Part shown: positions 50,593 through 62,900 of the stretch, piece by piece
Position numbering within the stretch: position 1 is the stretch's first letter
Layout: every line of letters begins with the position of its first letter
DNA from: Selaginella moellendorffii
Taxonomy: Eukaryota > Plantae > Lycopodiophyta
Assembly: GCF_000143415.4 (NCBI RefSeq)
Contig: NW_003314285.1
Span: 79,203-143,202, forward strand
Reading direction: 5' to 3'
Length of the DNA: 64,000 nt
Program-made: the position numbers and the translations under genes
The notes under the pieces: generated by a model
The model's input: only the letters and a program-made list of their open reading frames with translations
Databases searched by the model: none
Told to the model about the DNA's origin: nothing

Positions 50593-52446
50593 TTAGATAT
50601 TATCAAGATCATCATCGTTGTGGAGCTTCCAAGCGCTTGTTCTCGCCGCCTCGCTCGGCTCAAACGGCATGCTCACAACGAGCTCCTCGCCCTCGTCCGC
50701 TCGACCAGATCGTCCCAGCAGATCCACCAAGCACCAGAAATGACTTGGAGCGAACTCTTCGCCATAGTCCTCCCCAATCGACACGAAAAACTCTCGACCC
50801 TCGTTGATCCATCCCGCGTGACTACACGCTGATAGAACACCCACAAATGTCACATCGTTGGGATGACCTCCCTCGAGCAACATCTCCTCAAAGAGCTCCA
50901 AAGCTTCTTTGCTATGCCCATTTTGGGCGTATGCCACCACCATTGCATTCCACGACACTATCGTTTGCTCCAAGAGACCATCAAAGATCAACCTTGCTAT
51001 TCCAAGTTTCCCGTGCTTTGCGTACATGTTCAGGAGCGCAGTCCCAACGGAGGGATCATCTGCAAGTTTACGATCCTTGACACAGGCGTGGATCTCTTGT
51101 CCTTGGCTAAGAAATCCCTTGTGTTGGCAAGCATCAAAAATGGTAATGAAAGTCACCTTGTCGGGATGGATTCCTTCCAAGTCCATTGCTTGAAACAAGC
51201 CCAGAGCTCCAGCAGCATCGGCATTCTGGGCATATGCCGCGAGCATGGCCGTCCAGCAAACGAGATCACGCTTTGGCATCTGGTTGAACAGATCTCTCGC
51301 CATGAGAACGTTTCCGTGAAGACCATACGCTCCAATCATGGTGATCCAAGCAACATTGTCACGGACGCTCATTTCGTCAAAAATTTTCCTTGCCTCTTTC
51401 GTATGCCCAAAACGGCCATAAGCTGAAAGCATGACAGTCTGAGCGACTAAGTCCGGATCAGCCATCTGATTATAAATCTCGCTGGCGGCCTCGATGTTAC
51501 CTTCTTTACCGTATGCAGCAAGAAGAGCAGTATGGGTTCTCCTTTCCATTTGAGATTTGCTAGCTACGAGCTTTAAACAATCTTCCATATACCCAGCTCG
51601 GGCATATGCTGCAACCATATTGCTCAAAGCGATATCGTCCCATTCGGGCATCTCTTCAAATGTTGTTCTTGCTTGGATCAAAAGATTTGCTCGGGTGTAA
51701 GCGGCTACAAGAGATGTCCAGGACAGTAGACTCCTTTGAGGTGATCTCATAAAAGATTGTTTTGCCGCCTCGATATGCCCATTCTGGGCATACGCTGCCG
51801 CTAGAGCATCCCACGAGACAATACTGTGCTCTGGAACGGCATCAAACAATCTCTTTGCCTGGGTGACGTTTGAGTCAACTTGGACGTAAGCCGCGATCAT
51901 GGTGTTCCAAGTGTAAGCGTCGTGCTCAGGGATCCGATCAAACGTTTCTTGAGCGAGCTCCATATCTCGAGCTTCGGCATAGCCACCAAGCATTGTGTTC
52001 CAGGCCAGCAAATTCTTCCAGGGCATTGCATCGAAGTATTTTCGAGCTCTCTCCACATCGCCATCTTGGACAAAAGCTCTTATGATTGTCACCCACGACG
52101 ATTGATTCTTGCCTGGAGCAATCGCAAACAAGTCCCGGGCCTCATCCATATGCCCGTTTCGGGCATACGCGCTGATCATGAAGTTCCACGATGAGATTTG
52201 CTTCTCTCGAATGCGATCGAACACTTCCTCTGCCTCCTTGATGTTGCTACACTTCCCATAAATCTGGATAAGCAAATTTCCCAGGAGTGCATCGTGTTGT
52301 AGGCCGGCATCAGTGATTTTGCGGTGGATTTTCCGGCTCTCCGCCAAGCTTCTCGTTTGGAGGCAGCTCTTGAGCTCACTCAAGAACGATTCTTTGCATG
52401 CCACCGAGCCAAATAATCGAAGAGAAAGACCCCTGGATGACCACAT
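50593..52446 (-). CDS. PLS-class pentatricopeptide repeat protein with truncated E domain
   Basis: 617-aa intronless ORF with repeated SWNxMIxAYAxNG motifs, VTFVGVLSACSHAG and HFWCLVDLLGRSG; possible organelle transit peptide. Confidence 0.93.
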   Translation of the reverse strand: MWSSRGLSLRLFGSVACKESFLSELKSCLQTRSLAESRKIHRKITDAGLQHDALLGNLLIQIYGKCSNIKEAEEVFDRIREKQISSWNFMISAYARNGHMDEARDLFAIAPGKNQSSWVTIIRAFVQDGDVERARKYFDAMPWKNLLAWNTMLGGYAEARDMELAQETFDRIPEHDAYTWNTMIAAYVQVDSNVTQAKRLFDAVPEHSIVSWDALAAAYAQNGHIEAAKQSFMRSPQRSLLSWTSLVAAYTRANLLIQARTTFEEMPEWDDIALSNMVAAYARAGYMEDCLKLVASKSQMERRTHTALLAAYGKEGNIEAASEIYNQMADPDLVAQTVMLSAYGRFGHTKEARKIFDEMSVRDNVAWITMIGAYGLHGNVLMARDLFNQMPKRDLVCWTAMLAAYAQNADAAGALGLFQAMDLEGIHPDKVTFITIFDACQHKGFLSQGQEIHACVKDRKLADDPSVGTALLNMYAKHGKLGIARLIFDGLLEQTIVSWNAMVVAYAQNGHSKEALELFEEMLLEGGHPNDVTFVGVLSACSHAGWINEGREFFVSIGEDYGEEFAPSHFWCLVDLLGRSGRADEGEELVVSMPFEPSEAARTSAWKLHNDDDLDNI

Positions 52447-52470
52447 AAACAGGGCAATGGTATATATGCC

Positions 52471-54426
52471 CTACTTGGGCATATGATGCGCAAGGCGCTG
52501 GATCTTTCCGGCTTCTCCAAAGATGTTGGAAAGAAGAATGTACGAAGACAGTGGAAAGTCCTTCTCTTTCTCCTTGCCCGAGTAGATGCCACCGAGATTA
52601 TCACACTCCTTAGCGATTCGTGCTGCTCGATCCATGTCTTTGTGCAGCTTGCAAGCGCCAAGCAAGCTCATCCATGCAACTTCATTCGGCTCAAACGGCA
52701 TTGCTTTCAGGAGCTCCTCTGCCTCTCCCACTCGTCCTGATCGACCAAGAAGATCTACCATGCAAGCGAAGTGCTCGCAGCCCGGCTCCCCAATCCCAAA
52801 ATCTCGAGTTATTGCTAGAAAGTGCTGGTACCCTTCGTTTAGCCACCCCGCATGGCTACAAGCTGCAAGAATGCCCATGATAGTTACATCGTTGGGAGGC
52901 ATACCCTGCAACGCCATATCGTTAAAGAGCTCCAGAGCTTCGGTGTTATGCCCGTTTTGGGCATACGCAACGATCATCGCAGTCCACGAAACAACATCTT
53001 GGGTTTTTAACGTTTTGAAAATGGTTCTCGCCTCGCCAACTTTCCCCGTTCGAGCGTAGAAGTTGAAGATCGCTGTTCCAACCGCGACATCGGTCTCGAG
53101 ATCATTGCCAAGAATAGATGAGTGGATGATCTTGCCTTCGGCAATGCAGCCACGCTCGAGGCACGAATCGAAAATGCTGATCAAGGTGATTTTGTCCACT
53201 GGAACTCCTTCCAGGTCCATCGATCCAAAAAGCTCCAGAGCCTCTCGAACTCGTCCATACTGGACATGCGAAGCGATGATTGCCGTCCAAGCCACCGAGT
53301 CTCGATTCTCCAATCTCTCAAACATCTTCCGGGCTTCTTGGAGACGGCCGAGCTGCGCAAAAGCCCCCAGCATTGCCGTCCACGCCACCATATCCGGAGA
53401 GGGCATCCTCTCGAAGAGTTTTACTGCCTCCTCGAGCTCTCCATTCCGAGCGTGAGCACTGATCATCACTGTCCACGGCCTTTTGCTTCCCTCTGGCGAG
53501 ACTTCCAGCAGACCTTTTGCACAATCCATGCGATCGTGTTGTGTGTATGCCGCGATCATCGTGCTCCAAGCCATGTCATCTCGATCTGGCATCTCATCAA
53601 AGAGATTTCTAGCCTCTTCCACTCGACCGTTTTTCGCTAGAGCCGTGACCATCGACGTCCAGCAAACGATGGATCTCTTTGGAAGCTTGTCAAACACATC
53701 TTTCGCTTCTTGCGAATACCCCTTTTGTGCGTAAGCGGCTATCAAAGAACTCCATGAGACTACTGTTCTTTCGGGAACACGATCAAACAGATCCTTTAAA
53801 AGATTCTCTTGAGATTCACGGAGAAACGCTCCCATCATCGTGTTCCACGTGAAAACATCCTTCTGGGGGATATTGTCAAAGAGCACTGCTGTAACGACGA
53901 ATTCTCCACTATGGGCAAATGCTTTCAAGAGCGTGTTCCACGAAAGTAAGTTTCGCACGGGCATAGAATCAAAAATAAGTTTCGCTTGAATGGAGTCGCC
54001 AACTTTTGCATAAGCGGAGATCATGGTGTCAAAAGAAACAGCGTCTTTCTTTCTCATGCTATCGAACATAGATCGAGCGGTCTTGATATACCCGTTTTGG
54101 GCATATGCTCCCATAAGTATGTTCCACGAGTAGGAGTTCTTCCGTGTGATCCCATCAAACACCAGCTTCGCGTCCTCAACACTGCCGCAGCTTCCAAACA
54201 TTTGTACTAGCACATTCCCGAAGTAGCGATCGCGATCGAAGCCACCGAGCTTGGAAAGCGAAGCCTGGATTCGTCGCCCAAGACCCACGTCCCTGCTTAC
54301 ACCGCACCGCTGGAGCAAATCCAGGAATCCTGTGTGATTGAGCTCTCCCTCGGCCATCAGTCGCTCAAGATCTTGATTGAGGTTCGCGAGACCGTCGTCC
54401 ACGAGGCATGAGAAACGCCGTCGCAT
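52471..54426 (-). CDS. PLS-E class pentatricopeptide repeat protein (organellar RNA-editing factor type)
   Basis: 651-aa intronless ORF with PPR repeats, ILAACSHAG, HFACMVDLLGRSG, AWMSLLGACKLH and YILLSNIF. Confidence 0.95.
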   Translation of the reverse strand: MRRRFSCLVDDGLANLNQDLERLMAEGELNHTGFLDLLQRCGVSRDVGLGRRIQASLSKLGGFDRDRYFGNVLVQMFGSCGSVEDAKLVFDGITRKNSYSWNILMGAYAQNGYIKTARSMFDSMRKKDAVSFDTMISAYAKVGDSIQAKLIFDSMPVRNLLSWNTLLKAFAHSGEFVVTAVLFDNIPQKDVFTWNTMMGAFLRESQENLLKDLFDRVPERTVVSWSSLIAAYAQKGYSQEAKDVFDKLPKRSIVCWTSMVTALAKNGRVEEARNLFDEMPDRDDMAWSTMIAAYTQHDRMDCAKGLLEVSPEGSKRPWTVMISAHARNGELEEAVKLFERMPSPDMVAWTAMLGAFAQLGRLQEARKMFERLENRDSVAWTAIIASHVQYGRVREALELFGSMDLEGVPVDKITLISIFDSCLERGCIAEGKIIHSSILGNDLETDVAVGTAIFNFYARTGKVGEARTIFKTLKTQDVVSWTAMIVAYAQNGHNTEALELFNDMALQGMPPNDVTIMGILAACSHAGWLNEGYQHFLAITRDFGIGEPGCEHFACMVDLLGRSGRVGEAEELLKAMPFEPNEVAWMSLLGACKLHKDMDRAARIAKECDNLGGIYSGKEKEKDFPLSSYILLSNIFGEAGKIQRLAHHMPK

Positions 54427-55799
54427 TGTAATTCTTTCCTAGGATTCCTTCCAATGCATCGCGACCTACTCCTCTTCCGACCTACGATCGCTCTCCGCCG
54501 CTGGGTGATCACTCTTTAAGCACGACGGCCATCGAAACACCTTCCTGGTGTTCGGCAATGCGGCAGCTTGGACGAATCCCGCTGGGCATTCGAGAATCGT
54601 GGCGCCCAGCACTTGAAATACGCATACACTTGGCTAGCCGCCTCACTGGCAACGGAAATCTCCACGATGCCAGGAAGGAGGATCTTTCCACATGTACCCG
54701 ACAAAGATATCGCCATGAGTACTCAGGCGGCATTTGTTTCAGTGTCAAGACATGTTGGACAAGAGCCGCAGTTGAGATGGAACACAATCTATTGAGGGAT
54801 CAGTTACGGTATGAGTGTGACCCCAACAACGGACATGCTGGTCGAGGAGTGGTCCTTTTGCACCCTTAGAGTTAAAGGGGTCTTTTTTAAAGGGAAATTC
54901 ACTCCTTTAGGTTAAGTATAAATACTTAAAGTTAATTTTAAGGGGCTTTTTGGTTTTAATAGTATTTTGGGACATTTTACTATTTAATGGTTGTTATTCA
55001 TTTAGATTAATTTGTATTTATATGTTATAAACATTTATAATTTATAAACTTTTTTAAACAGTTCCTAGTATAATCTAGTTTATTTATACAATAAATTTAA
55101 TCTTAAAAATTTTATATTTATAAACATTTAGTTAATCAGTTTGATTAATAAATAATACTAAACAGGAATAACACTACTATTAAGAAAAATAAGATATTAT
55201 TGCATACAATGCATAGCTAGTTATTTAAAATACACCTACTAATCCATTAACCTTTCCATTACCCTATGTCTTCCCTTCTCTCATGACCAAAAGCCCAAGA
55301 GTTCACATTCTATGCCGGATCAAGGGAGAGGTCAAGAGCCCAAGAGCTTAGCCATTCCAAGCCACTAATGCATTCCACTAACACCAGATTCTCAATACCA
55401 TTTTATGGAATAGATTTCAGCCATCTTGATTTTGCTTTTGGTGCCTTGTTGTGGCTTGGAAACACATCATGCAAGGGATGACATGGCTGGGGGATCCAGG
55501 TTGTTGGGAAGAGTTTGGGATGGAGCTGGGGATCCCCATGTTAGAGGCACTTGGACATGCTAGATAGGTTGTTTGGCATGCAACAAAAGTCTAGGCTCCA
55601 TAAGAGGCATGGCATTAGGCTCTCTTCCTTTGATGGGATACGAACTAGAGTGTCAATGGTCATGGTAGTATGGTGGAGACTCACACTAGCAACAATACAG
55701 TTACACTATACCATCCTTAGAGACGGGAAACTGGTAAGGCTCAGGGAGTGGCAGAAAACATAGCTTCCATGTTTTGGTGAGGGGGGTGAGTAGGAGATT

Positions 55800-56811
55800 C
55801 ATTGGAGATGGCACATGTGGATTCTTTTGTAGTGACATTTTGATAGTGTTCTTCTCCAATGCATCCATGACACTGAGGCTGTTGAGATCCTTCATGTGTG
55901 CCACAACTACTTTGGCCACTTTTTGGGAATACTCACAGTAAAATAACTATTATTGGGCAACTTTGTTCATAGATGCTACGAAGTATGCCCAATGCAGCAT
56001 ACTATACCAGAAATTTAAAAAGTGCTCATCTAAGACCAATACTCATTACTGCCAATCACTCTTGAGGGTCCCTTTGCATGTTGGTTCCTGAATTATATGG
56101 GACTATTTGTTTCTATGATAAATAACCACATGTATATCATTGTAGTTGTACATGAAGTGGGTTAAGGCCATCTTTGTTGTCTCCACAAACTAGCTCTCAT
56201 TTCATGGGGTTTCAAACACTTATTCATCATACTCATGCTAGTACTCATTATCCACAAAGTTGAGTCTACAAATCAAGTTCTTAAGAACATCATTTGCAAG
56301 ATGGTTAACTCTCACCCATGCACTAGGGTACAACACTTGTCTGGCACTTTCTAGTCTTTCTGAACCTCATTCAAAATGGCTATTGGAGCTATGCCATTTG
56401 AACTCCTTTAAAGTGTGGAAGTAGTTCTTCCAATTCAGCTGGAATTATTTACCTTTATAGCATTTATTGTGGCTTCTGCCACAAACACTATGGACCAGCT
56501 TGAACATCACCATGATCAGCTTCTAGCCTTAGAAGAGTTTTAATGTGCCATAGCTCTCCATAATAGGGTGTATCAACAACAATAATGCTTTACAACAAGC
56601 TTATATGCATAATGAGCACTTCCAAGGGGGTGACTTGGTGAAGCTCTTTGACTTTGGGACTCTGCATTATCCCAATTTGATTATTCCATGGCTAGGAACC
56701 TTTTGGATTGTTGGAATTGTGGGTCCAAACTCATATCAGCTTATGGATCTTGATGGCCACTTGCTATTAAATCCCCAGAACAACACTCATCTCCAACAAT
56801 ATTTTTTGTAG
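55800..56811 (+). pseudogene. Highly decayed gypsy integrase remnant
   Basis: GDLVKLFD...PWLGTFWIVGIVGPNSYQL (GPY/F-like), with core remnants upstream. Confidence 0.6.
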
Positions 56812-57779
56812 TAGTTTAGATCTGGAGTACTTTGGAGCTTTCTTTTTATTCTTTTATTTTCTTGTGTTTCATAACATTTTAGATTCTCCATTTCATCCCA
56901 AACATTTAAATTATTTTGGATTCACAATCTTAGTTTGATCTAGAAATGCCTATGAGATGATTTGACACAATAATTGGTAAGTTTATGTTTTAGTTTTGAT
57001 ATAGTGGCTTTCTTTTTATAGTGTCCTCCTTGCATATATTTGGACTCATGCTATTCATTTGCCTCTTGATGTGACACATTTATTTATGTCTAGGTACTCT
57101 TTGATTCATGACTATGACAGAATTTGTTTGATGTGTTCATGCTTGGTGAGCATTTATAAGTCAAGTTGTCACCAAGGTTTCTTGTCAAAATGCCCCTTGA
57201 AAGTGCATTGCAATTATTTATCTTTGATTTCATTTGTCTATGACTTGGTATGGGCACCTAGAGCTCATGAGCTTATTAGTGTGAAATTCAGGAGTTGGGG
57301 TCAATAGTTTTCTACAGTTTTGGAAAAAGTATTGTGAGTGGATTATTGTGCTCTTTCATCTAAAAGTGTGCCAGGAAATCCACTATAGATTTGCACTCAA
57401 GAATGTTGCATTAGTGGGTGAAATTGACAATAATTATAGTCATGGTTCCTAAAAGGTAGTGGATTTTGGTTTAGTAGAAACTACACATAAATAATGGTCA
57501 CACAAGCCTCACTCACAAGTCCAGGAAAGAAGTAGGGTGGCCAAGGCTATTCCATTCCAATATCCAACTTCCCAACAATAGTGATAGTGATGGTTGAGTG
57601 ATGGGGTTCTCCTTGCACTAATTTATAACATGCATGTTTCTTGAGCATTATTTTGGAGTTCCAATCCATCAACTTTCCACTTGATTCTTTACTAAGAGTT
57701 ATGGAGGATAATATTGTTGATTTTACTAGCTATATTTGTTTTTCACCTTCATAGTCAATTCCCTAGCAGCATCACTTCT

Positions 57780-58620
57780 ACATACTCATGTGACAATGCT
57801 ACCCTTTGGAAGGCAAGAGTTAATATGGGTACATGTTTGTAATAACATGTCGATGAAGATGGAGCCTTCTTCAGCCAATGTAAACATCGTGACAACAAGG
57901 TTCATCTTTAAAATCAAAACAGATGGTGAATGTAATATTACATGGTACAAGGTCTAGCTTATGATGTGAAACTTCAATCAAATTGAGGGCATCAATTTCA
58001 TTGAGATGTTCTCACTAGTTGTAAAAATTCAATCTATTAGCATCCTCTTAACTTCACAACTCATTACAATTTGATTGTGGATTAAATGGATGTCAAGGTT
58101 GTTTTTCTTCATGGAAATTTTCATGAAGATATTTACATGCACCTCCCTACTAGTCTAGGGTACAGCCAGTGCCACATCTACAAGCTAAATAAGACCATCT
58201 ATGGCCTTCAAGTAAGCATCAAGAGTTTAATATAGAGTTTTTGCTATCTATTGGATTCATCAAGAGTGACATAGATTTAAAAGTATAACTTCATATGGAG
58301 TGCAATTGGATGTTATTTATCAATAACACACATGTCATTATGGAAAACACTACCATTTCAATTGTTGTTAAGGAGCATTTATCCTCAAGGTTTGGTATGA
58401 TCAACCTTGGGCCAATGAAGTATTGCCTCAACATTAAGATTTGCCATCATAATGGTGTTATGGAGCTGTCCCAAACTCATTATGTTTTTGATCTTTTGAA
58501 TTGTTTTCAAATGTAAAACTCAAAACTAACATTGACACAAATGACTTCCATCTATATTCTTAGCCATAGCATGTTGCCTAACACACTAAAAGACCATGCT
58601 AAGATTAGTTGATAGTACCA
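57780..58620 (+). pseudogene. Ty1/copia reverse transcriptase remnant
   Basis: FKIKTDG..WYKV, FNQIEGINFIEMFSLVVK, MDVKVVFLHGNFHEDIYM, LNKTIYGL and FGMINLGPMKYCL. Confidence 0.8.
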
Positions 58621-58707
58621 AGAAGGTAACAAAAAATCCTTTTCACAATGACCTAGTGCTCCCAACTTTGATTCTCTATGAATTGAGAGACAATTCCTAC
58701 AATGAAC

Positions 58708-58710
<3 letters not shown>

Positions 58711-58768
<58 letters not shown>
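58711..58768. repeat. (AT)n microsatellite
   Basis: About 29 AT units. Confidence 0.98.
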
Positions 58769-58774
<6 letters not shown>

Positions 58775-58829
58775 CATCAAGTACAATAGATTATTAATGG
58801 TTTGTTGATATAGAATACCAATCCAGCCT

Positions 58830-59819
58830 TGTGTATAAAGAAATTCTAGAGATAATAGTTCTACTTGAGTGGATATGCTATTTTTCGCTTTGTTAAAGAT
58901 CCAGATTTTCACAGCTCAACTGTCGCAAATGTGACTTTAGGTATCAAAAGAGTCAGCCAGTCCTTATAGCCATTCTTTCCTTACTGCCATAATGGTAGAA
59001 AGTTGGTACAATTGGTTCCTTTTATCATTCCCACTTGAGTTAGTTGAGAAATTGGTCAATGACCTTGCACTTAAATTGGATAAACATAATGTAGGAACCC
59101 TATGTGTTTCTTGCTAAGCATACTTGGCCTGGTTTGAGAAACTCGTGTCATTGGCTTGCATTTACTAGTATCAAGAACCCCCGTGATATTGAGATTGGTC
59201 CCTTAATATTTGCTAAATGATAGCTTACGGTGTCTGCCAAGCACCCTTGCTATCATGCCCTTTTTGTTAGTCTCATTTCGGTTCTAAATGCTATTTATGG
59301 AAAGTGTTTGGATTTACTCCTTTGGCATATCTATGGAATGTAGAGATTGGCCTGAACACAATGGTGTTCATCTTGTGTCCAAATTTGCAATCTAGGAACA
59401 TTCCATATTTAGTAAGTTTCAAGCTTATCCTAGATAACTCCCGGTACTAAGGGAGGTTTGGGGGAGAATGTCCAAAGCGTGTGTTCCTCAAAGGGGAGGG
59501 GGGGGATATGGGGGGTTCCAAATGTATAGTAGGAATAGTGGTTAGAATGCATGTCCAACCACTTGAGATATTAATTTAGCTCCCACTGGGCTGTGTCGTT
59601 CCTTGTTTTGCATTTGGCTTGGGTCTCTAACAGCTCAAACTCCACACTCCTTTAGTCGGTGAGGTACCCTCTTCCTTGCGTTAGGCCACCGGTATGCCAA
59701 AATTGTGCCAGACTCTATCTGACACCATTTTGCATGCAAGTGCTGGATACGGGGAGCTACCAAACCCTTGTTTCAAGCACAACAAGTTGGAGTTCAACTC
59801 CAAATTCAGGTGCGCTACA
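58830..59819 (+). mobile_element. 5' LTR of gypsy element (left end approximate), followed by a tRNA-Met-type PBS
   Basis: Ends GCGCTACA followed by TTTGGTATCAAAG (59820-59832). It shares sequence with the reverse complement of 47590-48240 and with 18.5-18.8 kb. Confidence 0.75.
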
Positions 59820-59949
59820 TTTGGTATCAAAGAAAATTGTCTTAGCAATTCCTATCCAACTTTTGTCAGATTTTCTAACTCAAGTAGCATATGTAGAGAC
59901 TCTTCTAGTAGATCCAAAGCAACATGTGTAGGATTAGTTGGATTGCACC

Positions 59950-62900
59950 ATTCGGTAAGAATGTTGTATGCATGTTCAGTTACTGATAGAGGTATGCATG
60001 CAACTAGCAAGATGGTGAAAAGGAACCGTGTTGATGATGCTAAAACCTCTAGACGGGTGAATCGAGAGGAGGAAACTTCTGGTAGAGATGCTGTGGAAGA
60101 GGCTAAGGCTGAGTTAGAAGAGGAAGAGCCAGATGCTGCAGCACTACAGCGTACGGCTCAGGAAATCGAGATCAAGAATTTGCAAAGGGAAGTTCACAAA
60201 TTGAAGAAGGAGAACAAGAAGAGGAAAAAAGAAGTTAAGGCAGCTAAACTAACTAAACTAAACCAGACTCTTTTTCAAGTTCTGAGGACAATGAAGTTCT
60301 GCAACCACCCCTGGTTGCATAAGTTTCAAAGTTCAAGCCTCCGAAACCACCCAATTTCAAAGGCATGTGGGACTATCAAGTTTTTGAAGATTGGATTTAT
60401 GATATGGAAAACTATTTCATAGTCGTAGACATAGATGATTGTATGAAAGTTGCATGTGCGCAATCCTTTCTCACCAATCATGCCAAAACTTGGTGGCACC
60501 AAGTGTGTGCTGAAAAAGGGTAAATTAGAAGTTGGACCAAGATGTAATCTCGTATCTGTAAGGAATACTTGCTGGATAATCTTGGTCTGAGACTTTGCAT
60601 AGAACTGCAATGGTTAAAGTAGTAAGGGGATCTCATGCATTATGTTAATGTGTTTGCTCAAAAGTGCATTATGATTGTAAATATGAGTGATAAAGATGTT
60701 TAAAGTTATTTCTTGAAGGGTTTAAGTTCACTTTCTCGTAATGAGATTTTGAAGTTTAAGCTGAAGACATACCTAGAGTGTAAGGAGGCAGCACAACAAG
60801 TTGCATTTAGTCATTCACTCATGGAACAATATTAGTAGCCGTATGCTAGTACCTCGGACAAGAATAAGAATTCTAGGAATAAACAAGGTGATTGGAAATA
60901 GAGGGTGGAAGGAAGGTTTTGCCCTGGAGGTTCACAAGTAATGGTTAACAAAGGTGGTGGTGGTTGGAGACCACCAATAGCTTCTTTTGGTCCTAAACTC
61001 TCTATTCCTCTTCTTGGTGGGTACAAGTAGCAGCAACCTATAAAACCTACTCCTAACAGAATGGGTAGTGTGGGTCATTGCTTCCATTGTGGAGAGTCAG
61101 GACATAAGTCCTCAGAATGTCCTAATAAGCATAAGACAAAGTCTCGTGTTAATGTCATAAGGGAAGATGGTGGTGGTGAAATTGAAGGGGTTGACAAGTT
61201 GGTCAATGCAGACTATAAGGAAGTGGAGATGAGTTACTTTTGTTGCTTTCCTCAAGCTTTTCTCATAGTCAATGCAAACACTGATTCGTTGATGTATCTG
61301 GTAGGCTTTGTCTGCAAACACCAAATTCGAGTGATGATTGATATGGGAGCTACGCACAGTGTGATCCGAAGACTTACTTAAGTTGTTAGGATTGAATGTT
61401 GAGTAAATGTCATTCATACACTTTCGGTTTATGGAAGGTGGGCAAGTAGCCAGAAAATTTATAAGTGATGTTCCAATAAAAATATCCAAGTGGAAAGAAA
61501 GAGTGGACTTGGTAGTGTTGAAGATACCAGATTTTTAGATGGTGTTTGGTATGGATTTTTTTAACAAATATATTAAAGGGATTTATAGTGCTAGATAAAG
61601 TTGCATCACGTTGAAGTTAGAAGGACGTCCTAATGTGTCCTTCCAATTGCAAAAGCACTCCTCAAAGGATTGGGATGCCAAGTTCCTGACTACGAGAGTC
61701 ACTCAAAAAACAACTAAGAAGGGATGTCAGACCTTTTGGGTTTAAGGGATGGAAGTTGAGGGTGTTAGTGACTTAGTTCAAATTGGTGATGGAGTTGATC
61801 TTGTACCAAAGAAGATATTGGAGTTGTTGGTGCGGAATCAAAATATCTTTTCGAAAGATTTACCACCAAGGCTACCTCCTAGCCGTGAGGTTGATTAGCG
61901 GATTGAGGTCATTCTGGGTTCTAAACCACTTACAAAAGCTTCATATTGATTGAACATCAAGAAGATGGCTGAACTCAAGAAGCAATTCACAGAGCTTCTT
62001 GACAAAGGTCATATCCAACCAAGAAAATCACCTTATAATGCGCTGGTCCTTTTTGTTATGAATAAGGATGGAACCATGAGGATGTTATCAATTATTGGGC
62101 ACTCAACAAAATCACAGTCAAAAATAGTTATCCTTTACCTCGCATTGATGACTTGTTTGACTAATTCTTAAAGGCTAAGTATTTTACGCAACTTGATTTG
62201 CAGTCCGGGTATCATTAGATATGGGTGGCAGATCAGGATGTGGAGAAGACAGCCTTTAAGACTCGGTACGGATCTTATGAGTTCCTTGTTATGCCATTTG
62301 GGCTATACAATTCTCCAGCAATATTCAGCACTATGATAGATAGAATATTTGGAGATTATTTAGACACATTTGTTATTCTATATATTGACGATGTTTCAAT
62401 ATTTAGTGAAATGTTGGAGGATCATTTGAAACACTTGGAACTAGTGTTTCAAAAGTTGCACGAACACAAACTGTATACTAAGGAAAGTAAATGCACTTTT
62501 GGACAATTGTGCATAAACTTTCTCAGACATATAGTTGGTGGTGGTGTAATTGAGGTGGATCTAAAGAAGGTGGAAGTGGTGAAGTCTTGGGAAGTCCTGA
62601 CCATTATATCAAATGTTCGTTCCTTTCTCGATTTAGCGAGATACTATCACAAGTTTGTCCGCAATTTTGCAAGAATTGCTCTTCCATTGACTAAATTAAC
62701 TAAGAGTAGTATACTGTTTCATTGGACACTAGTTTGTCAGCATGCTTTTGTACAGTTGAAGGAGATCTTGATTGTGGTTCCTGTTGTTAGAATCCCAAAT
62801 CTTGATAAACCCTTCAAAGTGCATTGTGATGCATCTAGCTATGCTATTGGTGCCGTATTGCAGCAAGATTGTGACAAAGGGGTTGATGTTACACTAAGGC

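Noticed and set aside
54509-54869. Short overlapping ORFs upstream of the PPR gene
   Set aside because: No recognisable domain; likely promoter/UTR or a gene scrap.
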